This document shows, one piece after another, positions 62,437 to 64,000 of a stretch of 64,000 bases of DNA. Source of the stretch: Fibrobacteria bacterium. Its GTDB lineage: Bacteria > Fibrobacterota > Fibrobacteria > UBA5070. The position numbers and the translations under genes are program-made. The notes below the pieces were generated by a model. It saw only the letters and a program-made list of their open reading frames with translations. It had not been told where the DNA came from and did not search any database. The DNA lies in NCBI GenBank assembly GCA_035604215.1, contig DATNIW010000025.1, positions 14,824 to 78,823 on the forward strand. Reading direction: 5' to 3'. How positions within the stretch are numbered: the stretch's first letter is position 1; each line of letters starts with the position of its first letter.

Positions 62437-64000
62437 CGCTTCTGCCCCTCCTCTGGCTCGCGACCACGGCCACAACAGACTACAAGGCCGTTCAATCTTC
62501 CGAGGATTCCTCCGTTTTCGATTCCGGAACCGTCCACCGACTCCCCACCACGACCGTGGTGGGAATCCGCCGCCTTCGGATGGAATCCGTGGATTCGTCG
62601 GACTGGACCACGCACGCGGGACTTGGCCAATCCGGACCGCTGGAGTCCCTGCGGGATCGGCCGGGGATCTCGAGCCAAGGCGAATTCTCCGGGCAATTTT
62701 CGTCCACGGGAATGCCGTACGAGGGAGGCGCCGTGACCTGGGACGGCGCGGACATCCCCTGGCCATGGCATTTCGGGGGACTCTTCGGCGTGCTGGACGC
62801 CGCCGCCGTCGGAAAGGCTTCCTGGGACCCTACCGGTGGAGGCGCCTCCCTCGCCGGTGGTGGAGGCTGGCTGGAAACGGGCAGCAAGGCGACCACCTCC
62901 CGCTCCGAGGGGTTCCACGGATCCCTGGAGGCGGGAACCATCGACGGTTCCGCGGCGGTCTGGGGTACGCGAGGCGACTGGTCGGTCCAAGCCTGCTATC
63001 GGCGGACCTGGCTAGACCCCGCCTTGGAACTCGCCCACCATGAGGGCTGGAGTTCGGAAGAACTCGTCATCCAGTTTTGGGACGCCACGGCCGCGGTGGC
63101 CTGGAGCCGCGGACCATGGAGCGCCCACGTGGGAATCTTCGCCTCGGCCGATTCCCTGTCGGTGGGCGCCACGGACAGTCTGGACGGGCTGCTCTCCTCC
63201 TGGCGCAACACCGTCGTTCCTGCGTCGTTGGAATGGAGCGAGGACGGGTGGGGTGTCGGAGCCGACCTCTCCTTGTCCGACTACACCCGCTACGACGACG
63301 AACTGTCCGCGTCCGACACGTTGGATCTCCATTCCTTCTCGGTGCACACGAGGCAGGACATCTCGGAAACATCGCGGTTGGAGACCGGTCTGCGATTTCG
63401 GATGTGGAACACGAGCTACGCGGAGGCGGACCATCCGGTTTCCGGATTCCCCGGCGATTCCCATCGGAATCTCCTGGAGCCGTGGATCTCCGTCCTGGTG
63501 AAACCGGATCCATGGAACGCGAAGGTCTGGTTGGGCCTGGCGCACGACGAACGCGACCCCTCGGCTCCGCAAGGAGGAGTTCGCCTGGGATGGGGCGAAG
63601 GATATTGGAGCCTCCAGACCGACTTGGAACGGAAGATCGTCCCCGTCTCGGTGCTGGGGAGCATCACCGACGGAACGGAGATGCCCTCACCCGTCTGGTT
63701 CTTCCCCACCGGGGCCTCGCCGCGGACCACGGCTCTGCATGTGTCCGCCTTGCGCTCCGAAACCGGGACGCAGGGATCTCCCTCCACGGAGTTCCGCGCC
63801 CTGGGCTGGTTGAGGTCGACCGAGGGGCTGTGGGCGTGGGAAGGCGTATGGAACCTTGGACCCCCGGAAAACCTTGTCCGGACCTCCTACCGGGAGGATG
63901 CGGGATCGGCTGGTCTGGACCTGTCCGGGAGGATCCTGTTCGACCGACTGGAACTCGGGGGCCGCCAGACCGTTTCCTTGGATGTCGTCCAGCGCCGACC
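62433..64000 (+). CDS. Partial (5' part) secreted beta-rich outer-membrane protein, possibly TonB-dependent receptor-like; runs off window end
   Basis: ATG 62433 overlaps the sbcC stop (ATGA). Signal-peptide-like 'MTLLPLLWLATTATTDYKA'. The stop-free frame continues to the window end with Trp/Gly/Tyr/Ser-rich beta-strand-like composition. It is not in the supplied ORF track, presumably because no stop is reached. Confidence 0.35.
   Translation, partial: MTLLPLLWLATTATTDYKAVQSSEDSSVFDSGTVHRLPTTTVVGIRRLRMESVDSSDWTTHAGLGQSGPLESLRDRPGISSQGEFSGQFSSTGMPYEGGAVTWDGADIPWPWHFGGLFGVLDAAAVGKASWDPTGGGASLAGGGGWLETGSKATTSRSEGFHGSLEAGTIDGSAAVWGTRGDWSVQACYRRTWLDPALELAHHEGWSSEELVIQFWDATAAVAWSRGPWSAHVGIFASADSLSVGATDSLDGLLSSWRNTVVPASLEWSEDGWGVGADLSLSDYTRYDDELSASDTLDLHSFSVHTRQDISETSRLETGLRFRMWNTSYAEADHPVSGFPGDSHRNLLEPWISVLVKPDPWNAKVWLGLAHDERDPSAPQGGVRLGWGEGYWSLQTDLERKIVPVSVLGSITDGTEMPSPVWFFPTGASPRTTALHVSALRSETGTQGSPSTEFRALGWLRSTEGLWAWEGVWNLGPPENLVRTSYREDAGSAGLDLSGRILFDRLELGGRQTVSLDVVQRR

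Noticed and set aside
1-64000. CRISPR arrays, IS elements or transposases, integrases, phage genes, tRNA/rRNA genes
   Set aside because: No direct-repeat/spacer arrays, terminal inverted repeats with transposase ORFs, or tRNA/rRNA-like sequences were found on reading both strands. The window appears to be stable chromosomal backbone with small accessory inserts.

Overview
This is a ~64 kb GC-rich (roughly two-thirds G+C by eye) bacterial chromosomal segment. Because of the GC content, nearly every frame contains long stop-free ORFs, so calls rely on recognisable protein families, start/stop geometry and RBS context. The window is mostly core housekeeping genes in tightly packed operons that are often translationally coupled: rnhB; a dnaG-rpoD-rel 'macromolecular synthesis' operon extended by a DUF4388 protein and an orphan ORF; trpE-trpG-trpD-trpC ending in a BASS/AEC-like transporter; guaB; lpxH plus an MBL-fold hydrolase; mtgA; rpoZ-coaBC-udg-dnaB; mlaEF; radA; proS; livHMGF; ribBX; rluD coupled to a Hanks-type Ser/Thr kinase; and sbcDC. 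Accessory islands are interspersed: (i) an 'HD-associated' pair, a DUF3391-like mini-protein plus an HDOD protein; (ii) an operon of a barrel-only Omp85-family OMP, a TIGR02147-family protein and a lipoprotein; (iii) the conserved but functionally undefined transglutaminase / circularly-permuted ATP-grasp / alpha-E cluster, flanked by secreted S41 and S8 peptidases; (iv) a large secreted CBM-containing protein with a possible C-terminal sorting domain; (v) a CSC-motif permease-HMA metal efflux protein with a periplasmic partner; (vi) a strongly signalled type IV pilin gene next to an unusual AT-rich island; and (vii) a receiver-GHKL serine-kinase-like protein with pirin. Two bacillithiol-associated thiol-redox proteins (bacilliredoxin-like and YtxJ-like) are present. 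No rRNA or tRNA genes, CRISPR arrays, transposases, integrases or prophage genes were recognised. Lineage is uncertain: the TIGR02147 family, DUF4388, HDOD and possible T9SS-type C-terminal domains hint at a Fibrobacterota/FCB-like or deltaproteobacteria-like organism, but this is inference only.
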